64,000 nt of DNA from an uncultured candidate division WWE3 bacterium (GCA_903879985.1 CAIRNR010000007.1:216079-280078); one strand, 5' to 3'; positions 47,432 to 58,691 are shown, counted from the first letter of the stretch. Notes: generated from the sequence alone by a model not told the origin. Numbers and translations are program-made.

Positions 47432-48607
47432 TTGTATCTCCTCCGCGTTATAGTTATAATATTAATAATGCACTTGAACCTGACCCAAGTTTCTGCCTAT
47501 TTTAAAAGATATACTAAAATTGGAGCTATTGTAATTGGCGGATATTATCTATGGATACTTGTCATTGTCCCTGCTTCCGTAGGTACATTTAAAGCTATAT
47601 TTAACAGACCAGCACCTCCTAATCCTGTTTATGGCTTGCTTGATCCACTTGAATTTGTTGAAAAATCTACTTTAAATTCAACTCCAACCTTTGCATTAAA
47701 TACTAAAAATGGTCGCTTACCTTCTGGTTTTCCTGTAACAATGCCTGTATATAAATTTAAGGCTAAACCTTTTTCTTACTTATCATCTGATAATGCCCTT
47801 AAAGATGCTGCATACTTAGGCTTTTCCGAATCAGATTTAATTACAGATTTAAAAGGTACAGTGTTTAGATGGAGAAATCCTATTACCGGAACTGTATTGG
47901 AAATAGATAAAGATTCTAGGAGAATAAATCAAAATACAAACCTTACAGGTAAGTCACAAGACTTTGTTCCAGGAACAATAACAGAAGCCGATGCAAAGAA
48001 AAAAGCAATCCAATTATTTAAAGACCTCACAAGATTTAATGACACACTGTATCCTTTGGGTTTTCAGAACGTAGTTTTGGGCTCCTACTCAGGCAGTAAA
48101 ATGACACAGACAACAGCTACGCGAGATGCTGAAATAGCACGTGTAGACTTATATAGAAAGGTTGGCGATTACAATATATTGGGTCCTGATCCCAAAAAAG
48201 GTTTACTTAATGCTTTTATACGAGGAAATGCCGCGCAAAACTCACAAGACGTTTTGAATTATCCAAAGATAGACGCCAATTATACTGAAATAGATACAAA
48301 ATCTGTAGCTACGTACTCAATAATTCCAATTAGCCAGGCATGGAAAGCAGTAAGTGCGGGACAAGGTATTGTTGTAAATGTAACCCCAGCCGGCACCAAT
48401 CCGTTTGAAGAGATTCCAGCTACAGCCATTGGTAATGTTTTAATAGATAACATGTACCTGGCATATTACGAATCAATAAAACCTGAAAACTTTTTACAAC
48501 CTATATATGTATTTGAAGGAAAATATACTACCAGTGCAAACGCTGGAGGAAGTATTGTTATTTACTTTCCGGCTGTAGCAGGTGAAAACGTAAAGAAAAT
48601 TGAGTAA
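47432..48607 (+). CDS. Hypothetical membrane-anchored extracytoplasmic protein (391 aa)
   Basis: One N-terminal TM/signal anchor, then a Thr/Asn/Gly-rich probable beta-rich domain. No known family recognised. Confidence 0.5.
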   Translation: MYLLRVIVIILIMHLNLTQVSAYFKRYTKIGAIVIGGYYLWILVIVPASVGTFKAIFNRPAPPNPVYGLLDPLEFVEKSTLNSTPTFALNTKNGRLPSGFPVTMPVYKFKAKPFSYLSSDNALKDAAYLGFSESDLITDLKGTVFRWRNPITGTVLEIDKDSRRINQNTNLTGKSQDFVPGTITEADAKKKAIQLFKDLTRFNDTLYPLGFQNVVLGSYSGSKMTQTTATRDAEIARVDLYRKVGDYNILGPDPKKGLLNAFIRGNAAQNSQDVLNYPKIDANYTEIDTKSVATYSIIPISQAWKAVSAGQGIVVNVTPAGTNPFEEIPATAIGNVLIDNMYLAYYESIKPENFLQPIYVFEGKYTTSANAGGSIVIYFPAVAGENVKKIE

Positions 48608-48620
48608 CACTATGCGTGTT

Positions 48621-49649
48621 TTATTCCCAACTATAACTGCTTAACGTCCAATCAAGAAGTGCGCGTGTATCGTAAAATCTATCGGTGCTTCCCATAACTA
48701 CAATAGTTATATCTTTTTTATCAACAGAATATTCGTAGATTAAAACCTCACCGGCGCTGGCTGTAGTTCCGGTTTTTACACCGACACTTCCGGGAATTTG
48801 CCACAACAAAGCGTTTGTGTTTAACAATTTTGTTTCAAACTTTTGGTCGGCCGAAAACATATCAAACTCTTTTTGGGCAACAGCTCGTTTTATAAAATCA
48901 TTTGAAGTGGCCTTTTGTGACAAAATATAAAGTTCGGCAGCTGTCGAATGATGCTCCCCAACAAGTCCATCTAAACCAACTGGGTTTGTAAAATTGGTAT
49001 TCTTCATCCCAAACTCTGCGGCTTTTTTGTTCATAAGATTTACAAAATCAGTTATAGAAGTTTTTCCCTCAGCTAAAACACATGCACTATCACCTGCAGA
49101 TCCCACCATCATACTTAATAAGAGATCACGAACCTTATATGTGGAGGCAACGGGAAGCCAAGCTTTTGTACTGTCTATTTGTGTGCAATTTAAAGGCACA
49201 GTTACTTCGTCATCTAAGTTATATAAGTCCAAAGCTACAAGAGCTGTCATAAGTTTTGTAGTTGAAGCGGGTGCAAGTTTTAAATCAGGTTTATATTCGT
49301 ATAAACGTTTTCCGGATTTATTATCAACCACCAAAGCAGCTACAGCTGATATAGAAGGAGCTGGTTTAGTCGCGATTTTTACTGGGAAATCTGGTTTAAC
49401 GTAAGTGGTGTAAATAAAACTTTGAGAACCAAACATATAGCCATCAAAAATAGAATATAAAGTTTTTGAGGGAATTGCGTAAATCAAAAATCCAACTGTA
49501 GTGCTTAAAACAACAGCAACAAAAACAGCGCGAGAAATTTTTAAAACTTTTCTAACGCTAAAGCTGGTGACAACATCAACAAACCAGATTACACGGATAA
49601 CAAAAAATATTATTCCTAGAACAAACTGTTGATAAAAAGCTAAGCTCAT
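48621..49649 (-). CDS. D-alanyl-D-alanine carboxypeptidase (PBP5/DacA-like serine peptidase S11)
   Basis: N-terminal TM, SxxK (ASTTKLMTA), an SGN-like motif, and KTG (VKTGTTASAG). Confidence 0.85.
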   Translation of the reverse strand: MSLAFYQQFVLGIIFFVIRVIWFVDVVTSFSVRKVLKISRAVFVAVVLSTTVGFLIYAIPSKTLYSIFDGYMFGSQSFIYTTYVKPDFPVKIATKPAPSISAVAALVVDNKSGKRLYEYKPDLKLAPASTTKLMTALVALDLYNLDDEVTVPLNCTQIDSTKAWLPVASTYKVRDLLLSMMVGSAGDSACVLAEGKTSITDFVNLMNKKAAEFGMKNTNFTNPVGLDGLVGEHHSTAAELYILSQKATSNDFIKRAVAQKEFDMFSADQKFETKLLNTNALLWQIPGSVGVKTGTTASAGEVLIYEYSVDKKDITIVVMGSTDRFYDTRALLDWTLSSYSWE

Positions 49650-49652
49650 TTT

Positions 49653-50954
49653 TTACGGTTTTAGACGCTTCACATCTCGAGGCAGATAGGTTGCATCTTT
49701 AACACTTTCAAGTTCAAGCATACGCGTAATTATTCTACTTGGGCCCATTCCAATTCCTCCGTGAGGTGGACAGCCATATCTAAAGAAGTTTACGTAATCT
49801 TGAAGTGGTGCTAAATCCATTCCTTTTTCTGTTGCTTGTTTTTCCAATACTTCAACACGATGCTCTCGTTGCGCGCCAGTGGTTATTTCAACACCTTTGT
49901 ATATAAGGTCAAAACTCTTTGTAAATTCAGGTTTATCTTCATAGCGCATATGATAAAAAGGTCTTACAGAAATGTGATAATCGGTTATAAAAATAAAATC
50001 ACTTCCTGTTTCTTCCTTAATCATTTTACTGATTTCACGCTCTTCCTCTGGTGACATATCATAACGCTTTTCACTTTTAACACCGGCGGCTTTTAGTTTT
50101 TCCTTTACTTCTTCCATCGTCATTTTTGGAAATGGAATTGAAGGAACTTCTAAGTCAGGAAGTACTGTTTCTTTAAGGTGAGTAAATCCGGCAACAATTA
50201 ATTTTTCTTGTTCGGCCATAACTTCGTAGTGATCTTTAATGTAGGAAATTTCAAAATCCCAACCTGTAAACTCAGTTGTGTGTCTTGTTGTATATGATGG
50301 TTCGGCTCTAAATACCGGACCGGCCACAAATACTTTTTCAAATCCTGATGCCATGGCCATTTGTTTATAAAACTGAGGTGACTGTGAAAGATAAGCTTTT
50401 TGTTCAAAGTATTTAACTTCAAAAACTTCAGCACCGGTTTCACTTGGTGTACTCATAAATGAAGGTGCGTAAATTTGAATATAGTTGTTGGATGCAAAAT
50501 AATCTCGGAAACCGCGCTCAAGCTCGGTCCAAACTTTAAATATCTTTAGTTTGTTAGGTTTTCTAAGATCCAACCAGCGCCAGTCAAAACATTTAATAAG
50601 TTCGGTTTCGTCGCCACCTTTTTCCTCAACAACAGGAATAGGAAGTTCGGGTTCGGCTTTTGACAAAACTGTTAACTTTTTGGCTTGAACTTCGAGTCCG
50701 CCTGGAGCCTGCTTTTCTTCTTTAGCAAAGCCTTCAAGGGCAACAACACTTTCTAAAGTTAGATCTTTAATAATATCGAAAACTTCTTTTTCTGATTTTA
50801 GGATAACGATTTGGACTACGCCTGTAACGTCTCTAATATTTAAAAATTTGATTCCGCCCTGGTCGCGGATTGCCTGGATAAATCCTTCAATCAAGATATC
50901 TTGACCGATTGTTTCTTTTAGATCTTTTATATATGTTCTTGCCATAACCTTCAT
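49653..50954 (-). CDS. aspS: Aspartyl/asparaginyl-tRNA synthetase, archaeal/eukaryal-type class IIb
   Basis: N-terminal OB anticodon-binding domain, motif 2 FRAEPSYTTRHTTEFTGWDFE, and motif 3 GGIGMGPSRIITRML. The 433-aa length fits the archaeal-type AspRS. Confidence 0.7.
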   Translation of the reverse strand: MKVMARTYIKDLKETIGQDILIEGFIQAIRDQGGIKFLNIRDVTGVVQIVILKSEKEVFDIIKDLTLESVVALEGFAKEEKQAPGGLEVQAKKLTVLSKAEPELPIPVVEEKGGDETELIKCFDWRWLDLRKPNKLKIFKVWTELERGFRDYFASNNYIQIYAPSFMSTPSETGAEVFEVKYFEQKAYLSQSPQFYKQMAMASGFEKVFVAGPVFRAEPSYTTRHTTEFTGWDFEISYIKDHYEVMAEQEKLIVAGFTHLKETVLPDLEVPSIPFPKMTMEEVKEKLKAAGVKSEKRYDMSPEEEREISKMIKEETGSDFIFITDYHISVRPFYHMRYEDKPEFTKSFDLIYKGVEITTGAQREHRVEVLEKQATEKGMDLAPLQDYVNFFRYGCPPHGGIGMGPSRIITRMLELESVKDATYLPRDVKRLKP

Positions 50955-50990
50955 TATATTAGATAAGTCAAAAAAAGCTATATCTTGGGC

Positions 50991-52631
50991 TTAAACCGAA
51001 CGCTTGAAGTCTTTTAGCATTAAATCGATAGATTCATTACCGTTGTAGTTATTGCGCTTAATAGTGTAAACAACGTCCAGTTTATCTCCCATGGCCAAAT
51101 CTTTTACCAATTCGGCACCGCTAAACAATATAGCTTTGTAATATTTGTTCTGCTTATAAAGTTTTAAACTCACGTGCTGTTTCTCTTTTCCCATGAGAGT
51201 GATATCCATTAAACCAACGTTATCGCTCATAAAAACAGGTTCTTCATTGCCAAGACCAAATGGTTTTAACTTATCTATAGAATTTAATAGTTCCATATCA
51301 ATTAAATTTATTGGAATCTTTATATCAACGTTAAGTGATTCACAAAGTAAGTCGTCGGATATTTCGGTTTGAGCTAACGCCAACAACTTTTCTTCAAGGA
51401 CTGGAATATTTTCTTTTTTAATCGTAAAACCTGCGGCCATTGGGTGCCCACCTAAGCTATCAAATAAATTTTCAAAGTTTCTGAGTAATGAGATTATGTT
51501 TACTCCCCTAACCGAACGAACGGAGCCTTTTCCGTAACCATCATTTAAACTTATAACAATACTTGGTCTAAAAAATTTTTGTACAAGTTTTGCTGCAACC
51601 AAACCGCTTATTCCTTCGTGGTAATTTTCGCTGGCTGAAATAATTATTTTTGGAAGATTATCGGGATCAACTCCAGATGCAAACGCGTACATTTCTAAAG
51701 TTTTGTCCTGACGAGTAACATTTACATCATTTAGTTTGTGAGCTATTTCTGCAACTTTTTCAGCATTTTTTTCAACCAATAACTTAAGTGATTCCGAAGC
51801 ATCAATAAGTCGTCCGGTTGCATTTAATCTTGGACCAATCACCCAACCTAAATCATAAGTTGTAACCTCGCCTGAACGTCGAGCTGATACGTCTAAAAGT
51901 TTTGCTAAACCAATTGGTGGATCAGAATTTATTACTTCAAGTCCCCGTTTAACCAAACTTCTATTAAAATCTAAAACAGGTTGAAGATCTGTTATTGTTG
52001 CCAGAGCGGCTAAGGCAATAGACTTAACATCTTTTGAACCGAGCGCTCTTCCAAAAACCCAAGCGATACCTGCACCAACAAGCTTGTCCGACCAAATAAT
52101 AACGTCGGCAGTGGGCAAAGGTTCGGGTGGTTGGTGGTGATCTGTAATGATAACCTTGTGTCCTAAACTTTTAATATAATCAACTTCAACGTTTGCGGTA
52201 ATTCCGCTATCAACTGTTATAAATAAAACTTCATCAATGTTAACTCCGGCAGCAGTTACTTGTTCCAAAACTGTATCAACTGATTTTTTTGAAACACCAT
52301 AGCCGTGCTCAAATCTATTTGGAATAAAACTAAAGACCTTATCGTAACCAAATTCAGTTTTTAAAATGTTATACAAAATTGCGGTTGAACAGATTCCATC
52401 GGCATCGTAGTCGCCGTGAATTATAATTGCTTTATTTTCGGCGATAAATTTGTGAACTAATTGGGCGCCGTTCTTCAGCGATTCTTTAAATTCTGTTGAA
52501 AAACTTTTAAATGCCTCGTTTATGGCCGGGGGGTTTAAAAAAGTTTCAACATCGGTGACACCACGGTTTAAGATGAGTTGATTTACAATATCGCCTTCTT
52601 TATATTCGGATAAAATATTCCACTTTTTCAT
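50991..52631 (-). CDS. recJ: Single-stranded-DNA-specific exonuclease RecJ
   Basis: DHH motifs (HGDYDADGICS, ITDHH) and a DHHA1 domain (GGHPMAAGF), with a C-terminal OB-like domain. Confidence 0.9.
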   Translation of the reverse strand: MKKWNILSEYKEGDIVNQLILNRGVTDVETFLNPPAINEAFKSFSTEFKESLKNGAQLVHKFIAENKAIIIHGDYDADGICSTAILYNILKTEFGYDKVFSFIPNRFEHGYGVSKKSVDTVLEQVTAAGVNIDEVLFITVDSGITANVEVDYIKSLGHKVIITDHHQPPEPLPTADVIIWSDKLVGAGIAWVFGRALGSKDVKSIALAALATITDLQPVLDFNRSLVKRGLEVINSDPPIGLAKLLDVSARRSGEVTTYDLGWVIGPRLNATGRLIDASESLKLLVEKNAEKVAEIAHKLNDVNVTRQDKTLEMYAFASGVDPDNLPKIIISASENYHEGISGLVAAKLVQKFFRPSIVISLNDGYGKGSVRSVRGVNIISLLRNFENLFDSLGGHPMAAGFTIKKENIPVLEEKLLALAQTEISDDLLCESLNVDIKIPINLIDMELLNSIDKLKPFGLGNEEPVFMSDNVGLMDITLMGKEKQHVSLKLYKQNKYYKAILFSGAELVKDLAMGDKLDVVYTIKRNNYNGNESIDLMLKDFKRSV

Positions 52632-52668
52632 TGCTTAAATATATTACACCAACTTACGCGACAGTCAC

Positions 52669-53571
52669 TCAAAGCTTTTTGTGTCTTTTACTTTCCCACT
52701 CTTCCCAGATAACTAGAATTGGTGAAGCGGTAAAAATAGAAGAATATGTTCCTGAAGCAACTCCAACTAACATTGCGAGTACAAATGTTTTAATTGTTTC
52801 ACCACCTAATATAAATAAGGCAAACAATGTTATAAGAACGGTTAAAGATGTTGCAAGAGATCTGCTTAATGTTTCAACAACTGAGTAGTTAACGATATCT
52901 GAAAAATTCATAGCTTTTGAAAGTTTTCCAAGATTCTCGCGAATTCGGTCGAACACAACAATGGTGTCGTGTACTGAAAATCCGATAACAGTTAGAACAG
53001 CAGTAATAAATAATGAATCAACTTCCACGTGACCAAAATGTCCCAATATAGAAAATAAACCTAATACCATAAGAGCGTCATGGAACATCGCCAAAATTGC
53101 ACTTATACCAAATCTAAAACTTGAATATGGTTTTGGAATATTTCTAAACGCATATGCAATATATAAAAGTATTCCAACCATAGCCCAGATTAGTGCTACA
53201 AATGCTTTTTTAGTTGTTTCACCGCCAATTGCTGGACCAACAGTTTCAAACGAAACTTCCTGCGCGTCTGCGTATTTTTGAGCCACACCAGCTTTTATAT
53301 CTGTGTTTCTATTTGGGTTTACTTCACGAGTTCGGACTACGTAAATATCACTCTCTTTGCTTATAGATTCAACAAAAACGTTTTGAGCAGTAAAGGTATT
53401 TTTAAGTTCGTTTTGGTCAACAACTTGGTTAAATTTATATTTAAAAACAGAACCACCCGTAAAATCAATGGATAAATCAAGTTTGAAAACAAATAAAGAA
53501 ATTATTCCCGGTACCAAAAGTACTGCAGAAAATATTATGTATAACCATTTGTATTTAATTATTTGAATCAT
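52669..53571 (-). CDS. secF: Protein translocase subunit SecF
   Basis: Six-TM SecF topology with conserved SecD/F motifs. Overlaps the secD stop by 4 nt. Confidence 0.93.
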   Translation of the reverse strand: MIQIIKYKWLYIIFSAVLLVPGIISLFVFKLDLSIDFTGGSVFKYKFNQVVDQNELKNTFTAQNVFVESISKESDIYVVRTREVNPNRNTDIKAGVAQKYADAQEVSFETVGPAIGGETTKKAFVALIWAMVGILLYIAYAFRNIPKPYSSFRFGISAILAMFHDALMVLGLFSILGHFGHVEVDSLFITAVLTVIGFSVHDTIVVFDRIRENLGKLSKAMNFSDIVNYSVVETLSRSLATSLTVLITLFALFILGGETIKTFVLAMLVGVASGTYSSIFTASPILVIWEEWESKRHKKL

Positions 53572-54974
53572 TTAGCTACCGCTTTCCTTTCGGCTTTTGT
53601 GTGACCAACTTTGAATAAATGAATAAATGTTCTTACAACAAAAAGAGATGTGAACAATGAAACAATAACTCCCAAGGCCAATGTTAAGGCAAATCCTTTA
53701 ACCGGACCGGAACCAAACTGGAACAAAATAAATGAGGTAATAAGTGATGAGATGTTTGAATCTCTAATGGAATTCCAAGCGCGATCAAAACCTAAGTTGA
53801 TAGCGATATTGCTTGGTTTGCCCCACAAGACTTCTTCTTTTATTCGTTCGAAGATTAAAATATTTGCGTCCGTGGCCATTCCGATAGAAAGAATAAATCC
53901 TGCGATACCTGGTAATGTTAAAACAACAGGAATTAATTTGAAAATTGCTAAAACAATTAATGAATAAATAATTAAGGCAACACCTGCAAGTGCTCCCAAT
54001 TTTCCGTATCTAAAGATTAAGAATACAAAAACCAACAACAATCCAACGGCCGCAGCGTAAAAACTTTTGTGAATAGAATCAGCTCCCAAGGTTGCTCCAA
54101 TGGTTTCTTGCTGCAAGATTTTTACTGGAACGGGTAAAGCACCGGCGCGTAACTGAATACTTAAGTTCTTAGCGGTATTAAAATCAAAGTTACCACTAAT
54201 AACAGGATCGTTTGTTAAACCTTTTGCCAAATCTGGACTTACAACAGGCATTGAAAGTGGTGCTGCGTTTTGATCTAAAAATATTCCGATTGGCTTATCA
54301 ACATTAGCTTTTGCTAAATCAGAAAACTTTTGGCGTCCTTCATCGGTAAATTGTAATTGGATTTGTGGCTGATTTTGTTGTTGTAAAGTCCCCTGTTGAT
54401 TAACTACAACGGTTGCACCTTTCATATCAGCACCGGTAATTCCGGTATCTTGCCAAACATTTGGATTCAAATAATATTGTGAAAATTTATCTTGTGACCA
54501 AGGATATTCAGGTTTTAAGACTTTAAATGTTAATTGCGCTGTTTGGCCAATTAAATTAACAGCCTGTGTAATATCGTCTAATCCTGGTATTTCTACATCG
54601 ATTCGGTAATTATCATTTACTTTGGAGGTTGTAATGTTAGGTTCGGATACACCCAACAAGTTAACACGACGAGAAATAACTTCCTTTGCAGATTCCAAAG
54701 CGTTTGTTCTATTAGCCGCGTCAATTTTAGACATGTCTGCTTCTAAAACAATTCTGATTCCTCCGTTTAAGTCCAAACCTTTTTTGAAATCTCGTAAATC
54801 TTTTTGGATTTTTCCTCCGAACCAATCAATGTTATATCCACCAAGAGTTGTATCAAGTTGGAGAAGCTGATTGTCCATTTGTAGTTTAACTGGAGGTAAA
54901 ACAATAAGGAGTGCCACAATGGTTATTACTGCTATTAATCCTAATCGAGTTGATAGACGCTTGAACATACGCAA
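53568..54974 (-). CDS. secD: Protein translocase subunit SecD
   Basis: A large periplasmic P1 domain between TM1 and TM2, then five TMs (LGLDLKGG-like). Confidence 0.93.
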   Translation of the reverse strand: MRMFKRLSTRLGLIAVITIVALLIVLPPVKLQMDNQLLQLDTTLGGYNIDWFGGKIQKDLRDFKKGLDLNGGIRIVLEADMSKIDAANRTNALESAKEVISRRVNLLGVSEPNITTSKVNDNYRIDVEIPGLDDITQAVNLIGQTAQLTFKVLKPEYPWSQDKFSQYYLNPNVWQDTGITGADMKGATVVVNQQGTLQQQNQPQIQLQFTDEGRQKFSDLAKANVDKPIGIFLDQNAAPLSMPVVSPDLAKGLTNDPVISGNFDFNTAKNLSIQLRAGALPVPVKILQQETIGATLGADSIHKSFYAAAVGLLLVFVFLIFRYGKLGALAGVALIIYSLIVLAIFKLIPVVLTLPGIAGFILSIGMATDANILIFERIKEEVLWGKPSNIAINLGFDRAWNSIRDSNISSLITSFILFQFGSGPVKGFALTLALGVIVSLFTSLFVVRTFIHLFKVGHTKAERKAVAK

Positions 54975-54994
54975 TATTATCTCACAAATCTTTC

Positions 54995-55585
54995 TTAAAT
55001 TGCAGTCATTACTGAACCGAACTTTTCTTCATCACCAATTAACATTGTTCTTGCTTGAGATAACACCTTTAAAATGAATTGATCGTTGGTGCGTTTTCGA
55101 TAATTAAACTGTTCCGGATCCATAACCGAAAAGTTTACTTCACGTGCACTTTTTGATTCAAACTCTTTAACTAATTTTTCCAAAACATCAACTTTTATTT
55201 CACCAACAATAAATAAATCTACATCTAATGCTGTTGACTGACGACCTCGTAAAAATGCTTTAGACAATGTTGCGTACTCAACGTTTCCCAAAGATTTTTT
55301 AGCGTCAATAATATTTGCACCTAAACCTTCTTCTTTTGAAAATAGTGAAATTAAATCTGAAAAATAGGGGTGCTCAACATCAACTCGATAATAAATTCTG
55401 TTTGAGCTTTGTCTCTTAGTTAAAAGTTTTATTTCGTTTAAATTCTCAAGCTCTCGTCTGACAGCATTTATTTCAGCGTCAACTGCACGCACAACTGCAC
55501 GCACATGGAACTGTTTGTCAGAGTTCAACAAGAACAGTTTTAAAACTTTTACTCTTACATCAGATACAAATAAATTTTTTAACAT
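54995..55585 (-). CDS. Putative winged-helix transcriptional regulator (ArsR/MarR-like N-terminus plus a C-terminal uncharacterised domain)
   Basis: The N-terminal wHTH pattern VRVKVLKLFLLNSDKQFHVRAVVRAVDAEINAVRRELENLNEIKLL is called by architecture only. Confidence 0.4.
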   Translation of the reverse strand: MLKNLFVSDVRVKVLKLFLLNSDKQFHVRAVVRAVDAEINAVRRELENLNEIKLLTKRQSSNRIYYRVDVEHPYFSDLISLFSKEEGLGANIIDAKKSLGNVEYATLSKAFLRGRQSTALDVDLFIVGEIKVDVLEKLVKEFESKSAREVNFSVMDPEQFNYRKRTNDQFILKVLSQARTMLIGDEEKFGSVMTAI

Positions 55586-55633
55586 TTTTTAAGTCCACCT
55601 GGGGCGGTAACTTATATTAGTGGCTCTCCTAAT

Positions 55634-56836
55634 TTAATCGTACACAACTTGCTTAACATTTCGATCTGGCACAATACTAATCCAAAACTTTCCGCGATTA
55701 AACTCTATTTCGTTACCATTCATATCGTAAAACATTGCACGTGCATCTCTGCTGGCCTTACTCCATGTAGCCTTAACAACATGTCCGTCAATAAAAACCA
55801 AAGCTTCCCCACTACCAACCAATTGATAATCCAAACGATTTTTCTCATCACCGGGTATAGAAGTTTCAGTTGCAAATTCAACGATTAAATTTTGAACGGC
55901 AACCTGTTGCTTTGTTTCACGATCAAGTAACGCAATTGGTTTATCGTTGGCATCAACACCTGAAAATCTTAAATAAGAATTTGTTGATGAATCATACTTG
56001 AAATAAGCAGTGTAATCTCCGTGTGTCCAGAAATCAATTGTAACTTCGCTGGCAGCAGGAGATGTGGAATATTTTGCGGGATCATCCTTAAATTTCCAAG
56101 GTGTAAATGAATGTAAACCATCCCATCCTAAACTACTTCCCAAAGTTCGCAAATCTTTTCCATTAACATAAGCTGTATGTTCTATTGCAACATTTAAAGT
56201 TTCATCTCGCCAAAACGTTGCACCACCACGTGCTAAACTTCGCACAGGCCATTGCTCTATATCAAGTAAAGCCTGAGGCGAATATCCAATATGCATAACC
56301 ATGGCGTCACCCATTTCTTTTACCAAAACCAAAAAGTACTCGCGAATACTTCTGACAGGACCAATCTTTTCGGGAGTGTTTGTGTCGAAGAATGCCAAAA
56401 ACCTTGTAATTCCGCCCTCTGCTATTACTTCGTAAACAACGTCAGCATAAATCAATCCAGATTGTGGCCTGGCATCAACATGATTATTTACCATAACACC
56501 AAGAGGTCTATTATTTACCCAAGCTGCAGCATTTTCAGGAAACAGCATACCGGTTAAAGGATTCATAATTTTTGTGGCATCCACGGGTGCTGAACCACCT
56601 GCAATAGCGTTCTTATTTTTATTTTGTGAAAGAGGACTTAGAATTTGAAAAGAAGATTGGCGTAATACAAAAAACCAAACGCCTAAACCTATTGCCAGCA
56701 CAACAACAATACCTAATACAATCCAGATACCTTTACTATTCGAATTCTTTGGAGAATCGGAGTTTGACATGCCATTAGGGTAGAAACTTCCCAGACTTCC
56801 AATGGACCCATTATTTGAGTTCTGAGGGAATTCCAT
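55634..56836 (-). CDS. DUF3048-family (YerB-like) membrane-anchored extracytoplasmic protein
   Basis: N-terminal TM, then the RPQSGLIYADVVYEVIAEGGITRFLAFF block characteristic of DUF3048 lipoproteins. Confidence 0.55.
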   Translation of the reverse strand: MEFPQNSNNGSIGSLGSFYPNGMSNSDSPKNSNSKGIWIVLGIVVVLAIGLGVWFFVLRQSSFQILSPLSQNKNKNAIAGGSAPVDATKIMNPLTGMLFPENAAAWVNNRPLGVMVNNHVDARPQSGLIYADVVYEVIAEGGITRFLAFFDTNTPEKIGPVRSIREYFLVLVKEMGDAMVMHIGYSPQALLDIEQWPVRSLARGGATFWRDETLNVAIEHTAYVNGKDLRTLGSSLGWDGLHSFTPWKFKDDPAKYSTSPAASEVTIDFWTHGDYTAYFKYDSSTNSYLRFSGVDANDKPIALLDRETKQQVAVQNLIVEFATETSIPGDEKNRLDYQLVGSGEALVFIDGHVVKATWSKASRDARAMFYDMNGNEIEFNRGKFWISIVPDRNVKQVVYD

Positions 56837-56882
56837 ACCTATTATTATATATTGAGTACATTTTTTGTCTAGTTGTTATGGG

Positions 56883-58691
56883 CTAGATCTTGTTTAATTT
56901 TTTTGCTAATGCCCACGTTTCATCAAGAAGTGCGGATATTTCATTTAAACCTTTGTCCCAAAAACTTTTGTCGGCAATATCAATTCCCATTTTTAAAAAA
57001 GTAGCGCGCGGAGATTCTGAAGTACCGGCACTTAAAAATTCTTTAACCTTTTCTATATCTTTTGGATTTTGTCTCACCATATTTTGCAAAGATTTTGATA
57101 TCAGTAAACCGCTTGCATAAGAATACACATAAAAAAATCTTCTAATATGCATCCAATAAACCCACCAATTTTCACACCCTGTAGTTTGCTCAACAAAATC
57201 TCCCATGTACGCATGCATATGTTTTGAAAATAATGCGCCAATTTCTTCTTTTGACAGATATCCTTTTTCTCGGTAAGCCGTATGCAAAGCTTGCTCAAAT
57301 TTATAGCAGGCAACCTGTCGAACAATTGAAGAAATATCGTCGTTTATTTTTAACATGTTCAAATTCAACCGTGTTTCCTCAGACATTTCTTTTGAAAGTT
57401 CCATCAAGGAGAAGTCTTCCATAAATGTACTTGCGACTTCTGCTGTAGCAACAGAAGTTCCGCAGTTTAACGAATTTTGCTTAGTTTTTATTAAGGTATC
57501 GTTTATCGCATGACCCATTTCATGAGCGAGCGTGGTTACATCTTGAATCCGACCTGTGTAATTTAGCAAAACAAAAGTTGGAAGTGCTTTTGCAACGTCC
57601 ACACAAAAACCACCATTTTCTTTTCCTTTATTTGGATATACATCTATCCTTCCTTCTTTTAAAAATGTTTCGAAAATATCTAAAAAGGAAGTGTCTAGTT
57701 TTTTAAAAGAATCTGAAACTATTTCCAAACCCTTTTCAAACGGAATTGTTTCTGAATTATCACCAATCTCAACATTGCGTTCGTGATACTCTAATTTCTC
57801 TTGACCTAAAAATTTAGCTTTTAATTCGTAAAACCTTGCAGAAATGTCATAACTCTTTTCAACGCTTTCCAATAACGCATCCACAACTTCGGGTTCAATA
57901 TCATCTCCGAGTAAAGTTAAAAAATCTGGACGTGTAATTTTTCTTAAATCGTCTACGGTTTTATGTACTTCCAAAACAGAGTTAAGTTCTCGTTCGGCAA
58001 CATCCACATACTTTTGAAGAATCACGTTAAAGGCACTTGCGGCCGAATCTCTAACCTGTTTGTTTTTATTCGACATCAACGAGCTAAGTTCAGAAAATAC
58101 TTTTTTTGTTTCCTTGCCATCTTCATCTAAAACAACAGCCTCTTCTCTGCTTAAAAACTCCTCAGTCATTTCTACCCAGTTTGAATAAGCGGGCTTCATC
58201 ATTAAATTAAGTATCTTCTCTTCTTCCTCGGACAAAAGGTATTTCGCGTCCTTAAATGAGGATTCCAGTAAGTGTTTATAAGAAACTAATTCTGGTGAAT
58301 TTAAAAATAAATCCTGTTTATCAACCGCAATCTTGGAAATCCTATGCATAAAAAAACTTAAATCGTTTGCCTGTTTTACCCCAAATTCATCCATTTTGTT
58401 TGCCAAAGCCTTTAAATCTGTGGCTTCCTGGTCTAAAGCACGTCTTAACCAAAAGTAATAACCAACCTTACCTCCGGTAACTCCCTCTGATTCCATAACC
58501 TCAAACTCGTCCAAAGCCTCCTTTAATACCGCTGGATCCTCTAAATAGTCGGTTCTATCCTTCCATTTAGCCACAAAAGCCTTATTTCTATTAGCAATAG
58601 CTTCCTTGGTTTGCTCTATTATAGGGTCGTTATCCCCGCTTAACAGTCCGGAAAGGTCCCACGAGGTTTTTATATTTGCCTTATCTAACAT
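56883..58691 (-). CDS. pepF: Oligoendopeptidase F (M3B family)
   Basis: HEMGH zinc motif (LAHEMGHAIND) with a downstream E ligand, 602 aa. Confidence 0.9.
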   Translation of the reverse strand: MLDKANIKTSWDLSGLLSGDNDPIIEQTKEAIANRNKAFVAKWKDRTDYLEDPAVLKEALDEFEVMESEGVTGGKVGYYFWLRRALDQEATDLKALANKMDEFGVKQANDLSFFMHRISKIAVDKQDLFLNSPELVSYKHLLESSFKDAKYLLSEEEEKILNLMMKPAYSNWVEMTEEFLSREEAVVLDEDGKETKKVFSELSSLMSNKNKQVRDSAASAFNVILQKYVDVAERELNSVLEVHKTVDDLRKITRPDFLTLLGDDIEPEVVDALLESVEKSYDISARFYELKAKFLGQEKLEYHERNVEIGDNSETIPFEKGLEIVSDSFKKLDTSFLDIFETFLKEGRIDVYPNKGKENGGFCVDVAKALPTFVLLNYTGRIQDVTTLAHEMGHAINDTLIKTKQNSLNCGTSVATAEVASTFMEDFSLMELSKEMSEETRLNLNMLKINDDISSIVRQVACYKFEQALHTAYREKGYLSKEEIGALFSKHMHAYMGDFVEQTTGCENWWVYWMHIRRFFYVYSYASGLLISKSLQNMVRQNPKDIEKVKEFLSAGTSESPRATFLKMGIDIADKSFWDKGLNEISALLDETWALAKKLNKI